Source of the DNA: Candidatus Omnitrophota bacterium
GTDB taxonomy: Bacteria > Omnitrophota > Gorgyraeia > Zapsychrales > Zapsychraceae
DNA: 64,000 bases
Assembly (NCBI GenBank): GCA_015233115.1
Contig: JADFYJ010000005.1
Coordinates: forward strand, 86,359 to 150,358
Reading direction: 5' to 3'
Below, piece by piece: positions 19,365 to 27,779 of this stretch (its first letter is position 1; every line of letters begins with the position of its first letter). Below the pieces are notes generated by a model, which did not search any database, was not told the origin of the DNA, and saw only the letters and a list, made by a program, of their open reading frames with translations. The position numbers and the translations under genes are program-made.

Positions 19365-20090
19365 AAATCTCTTCTGGGCTTCATAATACGACTCAACACT
19401 GCCGATATCATACCATGTTCCCGTAAATTTAAAACCAAAAACATCCGTCTGTTTATAAAGCCATTTGATATAATCACCCGCTTTATCCGCGGTCTTGCAT
19501 TCATGCAAATACTGCGCGACTGATCCTAATAAATGAGCCGGCAAATAATAAAAACACATCGCGATCAGCGTTGATTTTGGCTGAGCCGGTTTCTCTTCAA
19601 ATAATGTCACTTTTCGGTCAGCATCAATTGCGACTACCCCGAACAATTTCGCTTCTTCTAAATTTCCGATATCATACAGACCAATCGCCGCCGCGTTTTT
19701 CTTTTGAGCAAACAGGACATATTCTTCCACGTTATAATCAAACAAGTTATCGCCGCCAACCACCAAGAGATCATCTTTAATAGGATAATTATCTAAGGTG
19801 AAATGTATATCTCCGATTGACCCTAAACGGGTTTCCGGCGTGTCAGTTTTATCATTGACAATAGTAACTTTGTAAGGAACCTCTAATTTTTTTGACCAAT
19901 CCACGAACTGGTTGTAAAATTTATTATTCGTGACCACAATCACTTCATTCAAACCATTCAAATTTCTGATCCGGTCCAAAATATAATTGATCAACGGCTT
20001 CCCATTAATCGCTAAAAGCGCTTTAGCCGTATCTTTAATAATCGGATAAAGACGAGTGCCATAACCAGCCGCCAGAACCAAAACTTTCAT
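19350..20090 (-). CDS. sugar-phosphate nucleotidyltransferase (NTP_transferase family, glucose-1-P thymidylyl/uridylyltransferase-like)
   Basis: MKVLVLAAGYGTRLYPI...KALL...GKPLI... with RBS aaagga. The ORF-track TTG start at 20105 is rejected. The last codons (VTK-stop) are made from the GTAACAGAG repeat arm. Confidence 0.8.
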   Translation of the reverse strand: MKVLVLAAGYGTRLYPIIKDTAKALLAINGKPLINYILDRIRNLNGLNEVIVVTNNKFYNQFVDWSKKLEVPYKVTIVNDKTDTPETRLGSIGDIHFTLDNYPIKDDLLVVGGDNLFDYNVEEYVLFAQKKNAAAIGLYDIGNLEEAKLFGVVAIDADRKVTLFEEKPAQPKSTLIAMCFYYLPAHLLGSVAQYLHECKTADKAGDYIKWLYKQTDVFGFKFTGTWYDIGSVESYYEAQKRFGVTK

Positions 20091-20110
20091 GCTCGATCCT
20101 TTCAAAAATG

Positions 20111-20194
20111 CGGTTTTTAGTTTTTGGTTGTTAGTTGTTGGTTATAAAAACTATCGTTTTTTCCAAAAACCAAAAACCATCAACAATCAACCAT
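20111..20194. repeat. paired repeat-array element (GGTTTTTGGTTGTT type): L 20111-20145, loop aaaaactatcgtttttt, R 20163-20194
   Basis: Between ptsI stop and nucleotidyltransferase start. Confidence 0.85.
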
Positions 20195-20197
20195 GAT

Positions 20198-21961
20198 TTA
20201 TTCATTCTTCGCATTGAATAAATCCGGCACGAATTCTTTCAACGCTTTTTGCGCCAAAGTTTCGACTTCATGTCCGGTAGACAATTGCAATGCTTCATTA
20301 GCCACTTTTTGCGTGTTAGCAAACGAAACAGTGCGAATCATCTTTTTAATCTGCAAAATACTCAACGGCGACATACTTAAACAATCCACGCCCAGACCGA
20401 TCAGAAGCAAAGCCAAATGCGGCTCATTAGCCATTTCGCCGCAAACACTCACTTCTTTCCCCTGCGCGTGCGCCGCATCAACGGTGAGTTTAATCAAACG
20501 CAGGACTCCGGGATGTCCGGGTTGGTACATGTCCGCGGTTTGTTCATTAACCCGGTCAACAGCCAAAGTATATTGAATCAAGTCATTTGTTCCAATGCTA
20601 AAAAACGCCGCTTCTTTTGCCAACAAATCAGCAGTCATGGCGGCAGATGGAACTTCTATCATGATCCCAACTTTTAAGGCTTCATCAAAAGGAATGTTTT
20701 CCCGTCTTAAAGACGCCCGTACTTCATCCAAAATCGCGTTCGCTTTACGTAAATCTTCAGGCCCGCTGATCATAGGGTACATAATTTGCAATTTCCCAAA
20801 ATGCGAGGCGCGCAAAATCGCCCGTAACTGTGTTTTAAAAATATCCGGGCAGGCGAGACAAAATCGAATCGCGCGCCATCCCCAATAGGCGTACATCTCT
20901 TTGGGGATCTGCAAACTGGAAATAAATTTATCTCCGCCTAAATCTAAGGTTCGGATCGTGACAATTTGCCCCGCCATAATTCCCAAAACTCGTTTATACG
21001 CGTCGAACTGTTCATCTTCTGTCGGCATATCCGTCCGGTTCATGTAGAAAAATTCTGTCCGGTAAAGCCCAATTCCCTCAGCAAAATTTATCTTAGCGCT
21101 GGACGCTTCTCCCTCTAACTCGAGATTCGCGTACAATTGGATACGCCGGCCATCAGTGGTTTCTGCCGGCAAATTCTTGATATCTTGAAATTGGCCGCGA
21201 AACTCTTCCATGCGGTTTTTTTCTTTTTCATAAAACGCAATTGTTTCGGCCGCCGGATTAATGATCAATAGCCCTTTGCGGCCGTCCACGATCAAATAAT
21301 CCTGGTTCTGAACCTGCAACGTAGCATCTTTCAAACCAACAATAGCAGGCACTCCCAAAGTTTTAGCCATAATGGCCGTATGCGATGTGCGCCCGCCAAT
21401 ATCTGTGGCAAAAGCGATAATATTCTGATTGTACATACTCGCCGTATCAGACGGCGATAAATCATGACTAATAATAATCAAAGACTCCGTAATTGAATTA
21501 AGATCATGCAATTTATGTTCGCCCACCAAATTTTTTAAAACCCGGCGGCCGACATCATTGATATCAGTAACGCGTTCCCGCAAATATTCATCTTCAATCT
21601 TTGAAAAAATTTTCACATATTTTTTAATCACCTCAGAAAATATATATTCACATCCTAAATGTTCTTTCTTGATCCGCTTCACCACTTCTTCAATTAAAGC
21701 GCGATCTTCCAAAACCAATAAATGAGCATCGAACAATTGCGCGTGTTCACCCAAAAGCTCATTACTCATTTTCTTTTTAATCTCAATGATTTCCTGCCGG
21801 GTATGGATCAACGCTTCTTCAAAACGCGCGATTTCGATAGGAACTTCTTTTTCCAGAATAGCCCGCGGCGTGACCAAATATTCCTGTTTATCAAGAATAA
21901 AAGCCAAACCGGACGCAATGCCTGGTGCCGCTGGAACACCTTTTAAAACAATTTCTTTCAT
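20198..21961 (-). CDS. ptsI: phosphoenolpyruvate-protein phosphotransferase (PTS Enzyme I)
   Basis: N-terminal HPr-binding domain, phosphohistidine domain (...GGRTSHTAIMAKTLGVPAIVG...), C-terminal PEP-utilising TIM barrel. Confidence 0.93.
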   Translation of the reverse strand: MKEIVLKGVPAAPGIASGLAFILDKQEYLVTPRAILEKEVPIEIARFEEALIHTRQEIIEIKKKMSNELLGEHAQLFDAHLLVLEDRALIEEVVKRIKKEHLGCEYIFSEVIKKYVKIFSKIEDEYLRERVTDINDVGRRVLKNLVGEHKLHDLNSITESLIIISHDLSPSDTASMYNQNIIAFATDIGGRTSHTAIMAKTLGVPAIVGLKDATLQVQNQDYLIVDGRKGLLIINPAAETIAFYEKEKNRMEEFRGQFQDIKNLPAETTDGRRIQLYANLELEGEASSAKINFAEGIGLYRTEFFYMNRTDMPTEDEQFDAYKRVLGIMAGQIVTIRTLDLGGDKFISSLQIPKEMYAYWGWRAIRFCLACPDIFKTQLRAILRASHFGKLQIMYPMISGPEDLRKANAILDEVRASLRRENIPFDEALKVGIMIEVPSAAMTADLLAKEAAFFSIGTNDLIQYTLAVDRVNEQTADMYQPGHPGVLRLIKLTVDAAHAQGKEVSVCGEMANEPHLALLLIGLGVDCLSMSPLSILQIKKMIRTVSFANTQKVANEALQLSTGHEVETLAQKALKEFVPDLFNAKNE

Positions 21962-22227
21962 TCTGGAGTTTCCTTTTTCAATAACGCTTCCAACTCACAA
22001 ATGACTTTTTCTGCGTCGACACCTTCCGCGGTTATCACCACAGATGAATTAAATTGCGCGCCTAAGGTCAAAATACCCATAATCGACCGGCCATTCACCT
22101 CTTCATCGCCTTTGCGCAAAGTGACAATCGATTCATGCTTGGATACGATCTGCACAAACATGGCCGAAGGCCTCGCATGCAACCCCTGAGGATTACGAAT
22201 TATGATTTCTTTTTGTATTTTTACCAT
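21958..22227 (-). CDS. ptsH: phosphocarrier protein HPr
   Basis: MVKIQKEIIIRNPQGLHARPSAMFV... (His15) and GRSIMGILTLGA (Ser46 region). 89 aa. Confidence 0.92.
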   Translation of the reverse strand: MVKIQKEIIIRNPQGLHARPSAMFVQIVSKHESIVTLRKGDEEVNGRSIMGILTLGAQFNSSVVITAEGVDAEKVICELEALLKKETPE

Positions 22228-22229
22228 TT

Positions 22230-23477
22230 TTATCTTTTAATCACACGATATTGTTCAATTAATTTAATAACAGCTTTATTTAATTTTTTAGAATCATGGC
22301 GCAAATAATCCGTAACACTCAAAAGATCCGTCGCATAGGTAATATATCCCATTTCCCGGATCTTGTCGCAATCCGGAATAACCGGATACGAATTTTGCGC
22401 TTTATACCGTCCTAACGCGTCAGATGGAGCATCTAAATTATTATTCAAAATACACGCGTCCACCACTTTTACATCAGCGTGATCGACTAAAGCTTTGAGG
22501 TGGTCGCTCGCGGAGTAGCCATCCGACTCTCCATTCTGGGTCATCATATTGCACACATAAATCTTAAACGCCGCTGACTTGACCAAAGCCTGGCTCATTC
22601 CATCGATAATTAAATTAGGAATAACGCTGGTATACAAACTTCCCGGACCCATAATAATCGCGTCCGCGTCCGCAATCGCGTCTAAGGCATCTTGAGTCGG
22701 CTTCGCTTCTTCACCCGTCAAATAAATCCGTTTTACCCGTGATTTGGTGTTGGGAATATCCGCTTCTCCGCGTGTCACCGAACCATCTTCATATTCCGCT
22801 ACCAAATGAATATTATTTACAGTTGAAGGCACCACCTTGCCCCTAATCGCCAAGACCCGGCTGGTTTCTTTAACCGCTCTTTCAAAATCACGGCCCGTCA
22901 CCTGAAACATGGCCGTCAAAAATAAATTCCCAAAATTATGCCCTTTAAATTCTGATTCATTCGCAAACCGAAACTGAAATAATTCACCCATCAAAGCCGG
23001 CGCGTCTGCCAAAGCCACCAAACAATTCCGGATATCTCCTGGCGCGACAATATCAAAAGCTTCTCTTAAACGTCCGGATGACCCGCCGCTATCGGCCACT
23101 GTCACAATCGCAGTAATATTAGAGGTGTATTCTTTCAAGCCCGATAATAAATGGGACAGGCCATGTCCTCCGCCTATCGCGACAATTTTGGGCCCTCGTT
23201 CCAAATATCGTCGCTGATACAAAATGCTCACCAAATCCTGCTCGCCCTTAGGCAAAAACAATGTCAAAAGCGATACAATCGTTTTTGAAACACCCAACAC
23301 AATCAATACAATTCCGCATAAAATCCATAATGTCCCTAACACCCGCACAAAAACATAATCAAACTTTGAACTTAAAGCCGCACCAATCCCCACGACGACA
23401 ACCCCGGCTAAAACAGTAAATAGCCAGCGTTTCACGCGCATCCCCGGATAAAGTATTTTAAAACGGTCGTTCGGCAT
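22230..23477 (-). CDS. yvcK: YvcK/UPF0052 (CofD-like, gluconeogenesis factor family) with an unusual N-terminal extension of about 75 aa containing two TM helices
   Basis: IVAIGGGHGLSHLLSGLKEYTSNITAIVTVADSGGSSGRLREAF...PGDIRNCLVALAD...GHNFGNLFL. N-terminus is hydrophobic. Confidence 0.82.
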   Translation of the reverse strand: MPNDRFKILYPGMRVKRWLFTVLAGVVVVGIGAALSSKFDYVFVRVLGTLWILCGIVLIVLGVSKTIVSLLTLFLPKGEQDLVSILYQRRYLERGPKIVAIGGGHGLSHLLSGLKEYTSNITAIVTVADSGGSSGRLREAFDIVAPGDIRNCLVALADAPALMGELFQFRFANESEFKGHNFGNLFLTAMFQVTGRDFERAVKETSRVLAIRGKVVPSTVNNIHLVAEYEDGSVTRGEADIPNTKSRVKRIYLTGEEAKPTQDALDAIADADAIIMGPGSLYTSVIPNLIIDGMSQALVKSAAFKIYVCNMMTQNGESDGYSASDHLKALVDHADVKVVDACILNNNLDAPSDALGRYKAQNSYPVIPDCDKIREMGYITYATDLLSVTDYLRHDSKKLNKAVIKLIEQYRVIKR

Positions 23478-23480
23478 ATT

Positions 23481-23957
23481 TTAAATAGCGGCTAAACGGA
23501 TATCTTCTTGTTCAATAATCTTCATAATCGTTGTTTCATCTTTGGCGGTCTTCAAACTATCGCGGATAAATTTATCTTTTAAAATACGCGAAATTTTTGC
23601 GAGAGCCTTTAAATGCGGGCCAGCTGAATCAACCGGCGCCACCAACAAAAAGAAAATATGCGCCAATTCTCCGTCTAGAGAATCAAAATTAACACCTTTT
23701 TTACTGATCCCCAGACACCCAACTAATTCCTTCGCCGCGTCGCATTTCGCATGGGGAATCGCGATTCCCTGACCAATAGCGGTTGACCCAAGTTCCTCAC
23801 GCGCCATTAATACGTCAATCACTTTGTTCTTATTTTTTTTATCAATCAAACCGGCATTTAACAAAAGCTCGACCAATTCTGTGATGACCGCTGGTTTAGT
23901 GTCGCTTTTAAGGTCCGCGCATACGGCCTTTTTGTCGAGGAAATCAGAAATTTTCAT
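23481..23957 (-). CDS. ptsN: PTS EIIA-Ntr (nitrogen regulatory IIA)
   Basis: LDKKAVCADLKSDTKPAVITELVELL... and GQGIAIPHAKC (phospho-His). 158 aa. Confidence 0.88.
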   Translation of the reverse strand: MKISDFLDKKAVCADLKSDTKPAVITELVELLLNAGLIDKKNKNKVIDVLMAREELGSTAIGQGIAIPHAKCDAAKELVGCLGISKKGVNFDSLDGELAHIFFLLVAPVDSAGPHLKALAKISRILKDKFIRDSLKTAKDETTIMKIIEQEDIRLAAI

Positions 23958-24079
23958 ACAACCTCCTTAAATTATTATTATATATTAGAATGAGTAGATC
24001 GAAGTTTAATGTCCCGTATTCCAGTGAAAATAGTATTTAAGAGTGTAGTATAAAAGTTAAAAAAAAACAACAATAAAAT

Positions 24080-24118
24080 ATAAGCAAAAAACCCTGAACC
24101 ATGTGAGGTTCAGGGTTG
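24080..24118 (-). terminator. intrinsic terminator after tRNA-Gly
   Basis: aaccctgaacc-atgtga-ggttcagggtt hairpin followed on the minus strand by ttttttgcttat. Confidence 0.6.
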
Positions 24119-24151
24119 CACCCTGAACTCAACGTAGTTCAGGGGATAATT

Positions 24152-24228
24152 TGGAGCGGCGGATGGGATTCGAACCCACGACATCGTCCTTGGCAAGGAC
24201 GCATTCTAGCCAACTGAATTACCGCCGC
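24152..24228 (-). tRNA. tRNA-Gly (anticodon GCC), CCA encoded
   Basis: Minus-strand GCGGCGGTAATTCAGTTGGCTAGAATGCGTCCTTGCCAAGGACGATGTCGTGGGTTCGAATCCCATCCGCCGCTCCA. Cloverleaf folded by hand; anticodon loop TTGCCAA. Confidence 0.85.
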
Positions 24229-24240
24229 AAAAGATTGTTT

Positions 24241-24325
24241 TGACGGTTGATAGTTGATGGTTTTTGGTTTTTAGAAAAAACAATTGTTTTGATAACCAAC
24301 AACCACAAACCAAGAACCAAAAACG
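24241..24325. repeat. paired repeat-array element (GGTTTTTGG type) in the tRNA-Gly / tRNA-Leu spacer
   Basis: tgacggttgatagttgatggtttttggttttt-agaaaaaacaattgttttgat-aaccaacaaccacaaaccaagaaccaaaaacg. Confidence 0.8.
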
Positions 24326-24343
24326 TTAAATTTGTAAACCTAC

Positions 24344-24425
24344 TGGGCGGAAGAGGACTTGAACCTCCATGAGTCGCCCCACTAGTTCCTAAGACTAGCG
24401 CGTCTACCAATTTCGCCATCCGCCC
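24344..24425 (-). tRNA. tRNA-Leu (anticodon TAG), long variable arm, CCA not encoded
   Basis: Minus-strand GGGCGGATGGCGAAATTGGTAGACGCGCTAGTCTTAGGAACTAGTGGGGCGACTCATGGAGGTTCAAGTCCTCTTCCGCCCA. 7-bp acceptor stem; anticodon loop CTTAGGA. Confidence 0.82.
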
Positions 24426-24430
24426 GAAAA

Positions 24431-24736
24431 AAAGTGACAAAGTAACAGAGTAACCAAGTAACAGAGAAAAAATAGAAAATTTTTATAAAAGACTAACAAA
24501 ACTAAAAAATAACTAAAGTAAAGCATAAGCAAAAAATAAAAAAACTTTAAAAAATTAAAACCGTTTTTTCTTATTTTGTCGCAAACGCTTTTTGGATATC
24601 GTTAATTATGTCTTGCAACCTTTTTCAGTCCGTTACCCTTTTCCCAGCCATCTTTTTTCAATGCTACTCGATGTCATCGCTTTGCCATCAACAGCTTTTA
24701 CTCTGTTACTTTGTCACTCGGTTACTCTGTTACTTG
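24431..24736. repeat. paired repeat-array element (GTAACAGAG type) in the tRNA-Leu / tRNA-Lys spacer: L 24431-24466, AT-rich spacer, core-like catcgctttgccatcaacagctttta, R 24701-24736
   Basis: Read from sequence. Confidence 0.8.
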
Positions 24737-24756
24737 AACAGAATAACAATATAAAG

Positions 24757-24829
24757 TGAGCCACCCGCGACTCGAACGCGGCACCCCAGCCTTAAAAGGG
24801 CTGTGCTCTACCGGATGAGCTAGTGGCTC
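24757..24829 (-). tRNA. tRNA-Lys (anticodon TTT)
   Basis: Minus-strand GAGCCACTAGCTCATCCGGTAGAGCACAGCCCTTTTAAGGCTGGGGTGCCGCGTTCGAGTCGCGGGTGGCTCA. Anticodon loop CTTTTAA. Confidence 0.82.
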
Positions 24830-24912
24830 ATAAAATGCTCACTTAACAGAACGTATCTTTTAGCAAAAATAACCCGTTACGTCAACACAAAAAACAATTA
24901 AATTTTAATTCT

Positions 24913-25473
24913 TTATTCCATCAAACTTTTACTTTTTTGCTCTAAAAGCTCGTCAATCTCTTTAATATAACGATCCGTGATTTTCTGAATCTCCTCGTGA
25001 GAACGATAATATTCATCTTCCGTCATGGATTTATCAACTGTCTCCATTTTTTTCATCTTATCATTAATCTCGCGGCGTATAGACCGTAATGACACGCGTG
25101 ATTTTTCCGCCATGTCTTTGACGACTTTTTTCATCTCATTGCGGCGTTCTTCAGATAAAGCCGGAATATTTAAACGCACCACTTTTCCATCATTAGAACA
25201 GGTCGCCCCTAAAGTAGACGAATTTACCGATTTTTCAATTTCAGGAATAACGCCTGGATCCCAAGGCTGAATTAATACTGTACGGGGATCAGGAATGGAA
25301 ATTGAAGCAATTTGTTTGACAGTCATATGCGTGCCGCAATAATCAATATGTAAGCCTTCTATAAGCCCGGGATGAGCGCGGCCGGTCCGCACCTCATTAA
25401 ATTCACGTTTAGCTGCTTCCACCGCTTTTTTCATTTTATCATCAGTCTGCTTAATCATTTCTTTTCCCAGCAT
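24913..25473 (-). CDS. frr: ribosome recycling factor
   Basis: Full-length RRF, 186 aa: ...VRTGRAHPGLIEGLHIDYCGTHMTVKQIASISIPDPRTVLIQPWD... Confidence 0.92.
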   Translation of the reverse strand: MLGKEMIKQTDDKMKKAVEAAKREFNEVRTGRAHPGLIEGLHIDYCGTHMTVKQIASISIPDPRTVLIQPWDPGVIPEIEKSVNSSTLGATCSNDGKVVRLNIPALSEERRNEMKKVVKDMAEKSRVSLRSIRREINDKMKKMETVDKSMTEDEYYRSHEEIQKITDRYIKEIDELLEQKSKSLME

Positions 25474-25482
25474 AATTCCTCC

Positions 25483-26202
25483 TTATCGTACAATCGTCCC
25501 AATCTTTTCACCTAAAACCGCGCGTTTAATATTTCCGACCTGTAACAAATTAAACACCACAATCGGCATTTTATTATCCATACACATACTGATCGCCGTA
25601 GCATCCATCACTTTTAAATTTTGTTTCAGCGCGTCAATAAACTGTATTTCATCGTACTTGACCGCGCTTTTATTTTTAACCGGATCATCTGAATAAACGC
25701 CATCAACTTTTGTTGCTTTCATGATCACGTCAGCGTTAATTTCGCTAGCGCGCAGCGCCGCAGCTGTGTCGGTCGTAAAATACGGATTTCCTGTTCCGCC
25801 AACAAAAATAACTACGCGTCCCTTTTCCAAATGACGCACCGCTCGTCTACGGATATACGGCTCAGCCACCGAAGTCATGGTAATCGCAGACATCACCCGT
25901 GTAGCCAATCCTAAATGCTCCAAGGCATTTTGCAAAGCCAAACCATTCATAATCGTAGCTAGCATACCCATTGAATCTGCGACTGTACGCTCTAAGTCGA
26001 ATGATTTTGAAGCGACCTGCCCTCTAAAAATATTTCCGCCGCCTACAACGATCCCTATTTTTACACCAAGATCAGCCACTTCTTTTATTTGGGTTGCAAA
26101 AGACACACAAGTATCAGCATCGATCCCGTGTTCCAACGGCCCCATTAATGCTTCGCCGCTCAGCTTAAGAAGAATCTTTTTGTAAATTGGTTTTTCGCTC
26201 AT
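25483..26202 (-). CDS. pyrH: UMP kinase
   Basis: [14 protein letters not shown]...[12 protein letters not shown]... amino-acid kinase fold, 239 aa. Confidence 0.92.
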   Translation of the reverse strand: MSEKPIYKKILLKLSGEALMGPLEHGIDADTCVSFATQIKEVADLGVKIGIVVGGGNIFRGQVASKSFDLERTVADSMGMLATIMNGLALQNALEHLGLATRVMSAITMTSVAEPYIRRRAVRHLEKGRVVIFVGGTGNPYFTTDTAAALRASEINADVIMKATKVDGVYSDDPVKNKSAVKYDEIQFIDALKQNLKVMDATAISMCMDNKMPIVVFNLLQVGNIKRAVLGEKIGTIVR

Positions 26203-26220
26203 GTCTGGTCCAAATTTTTT

Positions 26221-26350
26221 AAGTATGTAGTATGTCGTATGTTATGAAACAAACAAAGCAACTTGTCCAGATGTTTTACATATTAATTTATTCGCTGTTT
26301 TGCACAAATCGCTTTTCACCACATACTACATGCCACATACTACATGCTAT
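26221..26350. repeat. paired repeat-array element (TACATAC type) inside the rpsB-tsf-pyrH-frr operon, between tsf stop and pyrH start: L 26221-26246, core caaatcgcttttc 26305-26317, R 26318-26350
   Basis: Read from sequence. Confidence 0.85.
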
Positions 26351-26354
26351 TATT

Positions 26355-26879
26355 TTATTCGCCGATCTTGTAACGAACATAACGATGAATAAATATATTT
26401 TCACCAATGCTCGCTATTAAATTCGTAACGCAATCTTTAACGGATTTGCTGGGATCTTTTACAAACGGCTGATCCAACAAACACACTTCTTTATAATATT
26501 GTTCAGCATTCGCGGCGGCCTTAACTTCTGCTTCCGGCACATCTTCACGGTTGATATATTTCGGATTAAATGCCGCTATATGCATAGCAATATTTTTAGT
26601 CAAAGCGATAAAATTTTCACTTTTCGCCACAAAATCAGTTTCACAGGATATTTCCAAAATAACTGCTAATTTATTTCCCGGATGAATATAAGTTTCAATC
26701 CGTCCTTCTTTAGCTTGGCGGCCGCTTTTTTTAGCTGCAATTTCTAGCCCACGATCCATTAAAACTTTTTTTGCTTTTTCAAAATCACCATTCGATGATT
26801 CAAGCGCTTTTTTACATTCAATGACTCCACATGAAGTCATTTCCCGAAGCTTTTTAATATCCTCTGATGAAACAGCCAT
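26355..26879 (-). CDS. tsf: elongation factor Ts (short form)
   Basis: N-terminal UBA-like domain (IKKLREMTSCGVIECKKALESSNGDFEKAKKVL) plus dimerisation domain. 174 aa. Confidence 0.9.
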   Translation of the reverse strand: MAVSSEDIKKLREMTSCGVIECKKALESSNGDFEKAKKVLMDRGLEIAAKKSGRQAKEGRIETYIHPGNKLAVILEISCETDFVAKSENFIALTKNIAMHIAAFNPKYINREDVPEAEVKAAANAEQYYKEVCLLDQPFVKDPSKSVKDCVTNLIASIGENIFIHRYVRYKIGE

Positions 26880-26896
26880 ATATATCTTTCCCTTCC

Positions 26897-27631
26897 TTAA
26901 TTTTTATCTTCTTGAGCAGACTTTTCTTTAATGGTATGCGCGGTTTTAAATTCGTTTCTTCCTTGTACAATGCTTTCAGTAACAATGTTGGCAATCAAAC
27001 TGATGGACTTTAATGCATCATCATTACCAGGAATCGGAAAATTGATATCATCCGGATCACCATTCGTATCAATGATCGCAATAACCGGAATACCTAATTT
27101 TTTTGCTTCACGAACCGCATTCTGCTCTTTGTGAGGATCTACGATAAAAATCGCCTGGGGCACATCTTTCATGTCCAAAATTCCGCCAAAATTAAAAAGT
27201 AATTTTTCACGTTCTTTAGTCAAACGGGCAATTTCTTTTTTCTTTAAGTTATCCCAAACCCCATTTTCTTTCATTTTATCAATTTCACGTAAACGAGCTA
27301 CAGAACCTTTAACCGTCTGAAAATTCGTCAAAAGACCACCTGACCAGCGGTTCTTTACATAATACATTTCCGCACGGTTTGCTTCCTGTTCAACCGTCAT
27401 TTGGGCTTGCTTTTTTGTCCCGACAAACATAATTTTCCCGCCCTTTAAAGCAATATCACGGGCAAAATCTTTAGCTTGATTTAAACAGGCTAAAGTTTTT
27501 TCTAAATCGATAATATAAATGCCGCTTCTTTGACCAAAAATAAATTTCTTCATTTTCGGATTCCAACGTTTTGTCTGGTGTCCGAAATGCACACCGGCTT
27601 CCAACATTTTTTTGATCACTTCATCAATCAT
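26897..27631 (-). CDS. rpsB: 30S ribosomal protein S2
   Basis: MLEAGVHFGHQTKRWNPKMKKFIFGQRSGIYIIDLEKT... Confidence 0.93.
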   Translation of the reverse strand: MIDEVIKKMLEAGVHFGHQTKRWNPKMKKFIFGQRSGIYIIDLEKTLACLNQAKDFARDIALKGGKIMFVGTKKQAQMTVEQEANRAEMYYVKNRWSGGLLTNFQTVKGSVARLREIDKMKENGVWDNLKKKEIARLTKEREKLLFNFGGILDMKDVPQAIFIVDPHKEQNAVREAKKLGIPVIAIIDTNGDPDDINFPIPGNDDALKSISLIANIVTESIVQGRNEFKTAHTIKEKSAQEDKN

Positions 27632-27779
27632 AAAACCTCCATTTGATTTGTTTCAACTTTATACCTTCTCCAAGCTTTTAGCAGCGTTGTTCCAGTATAA
27701 AATTGTTATAAATTGAAAATATAATCTGATGTGGGCGATAGTATATACAAAATTATTTGGTTTTTCAATAGTTATTTTT

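Noticed and set aside
24219-24440. 73-aa minus-strand ORF
   Set aside because: It overlaps tRNA-Gly and tRNA-Leu and the array element between them.
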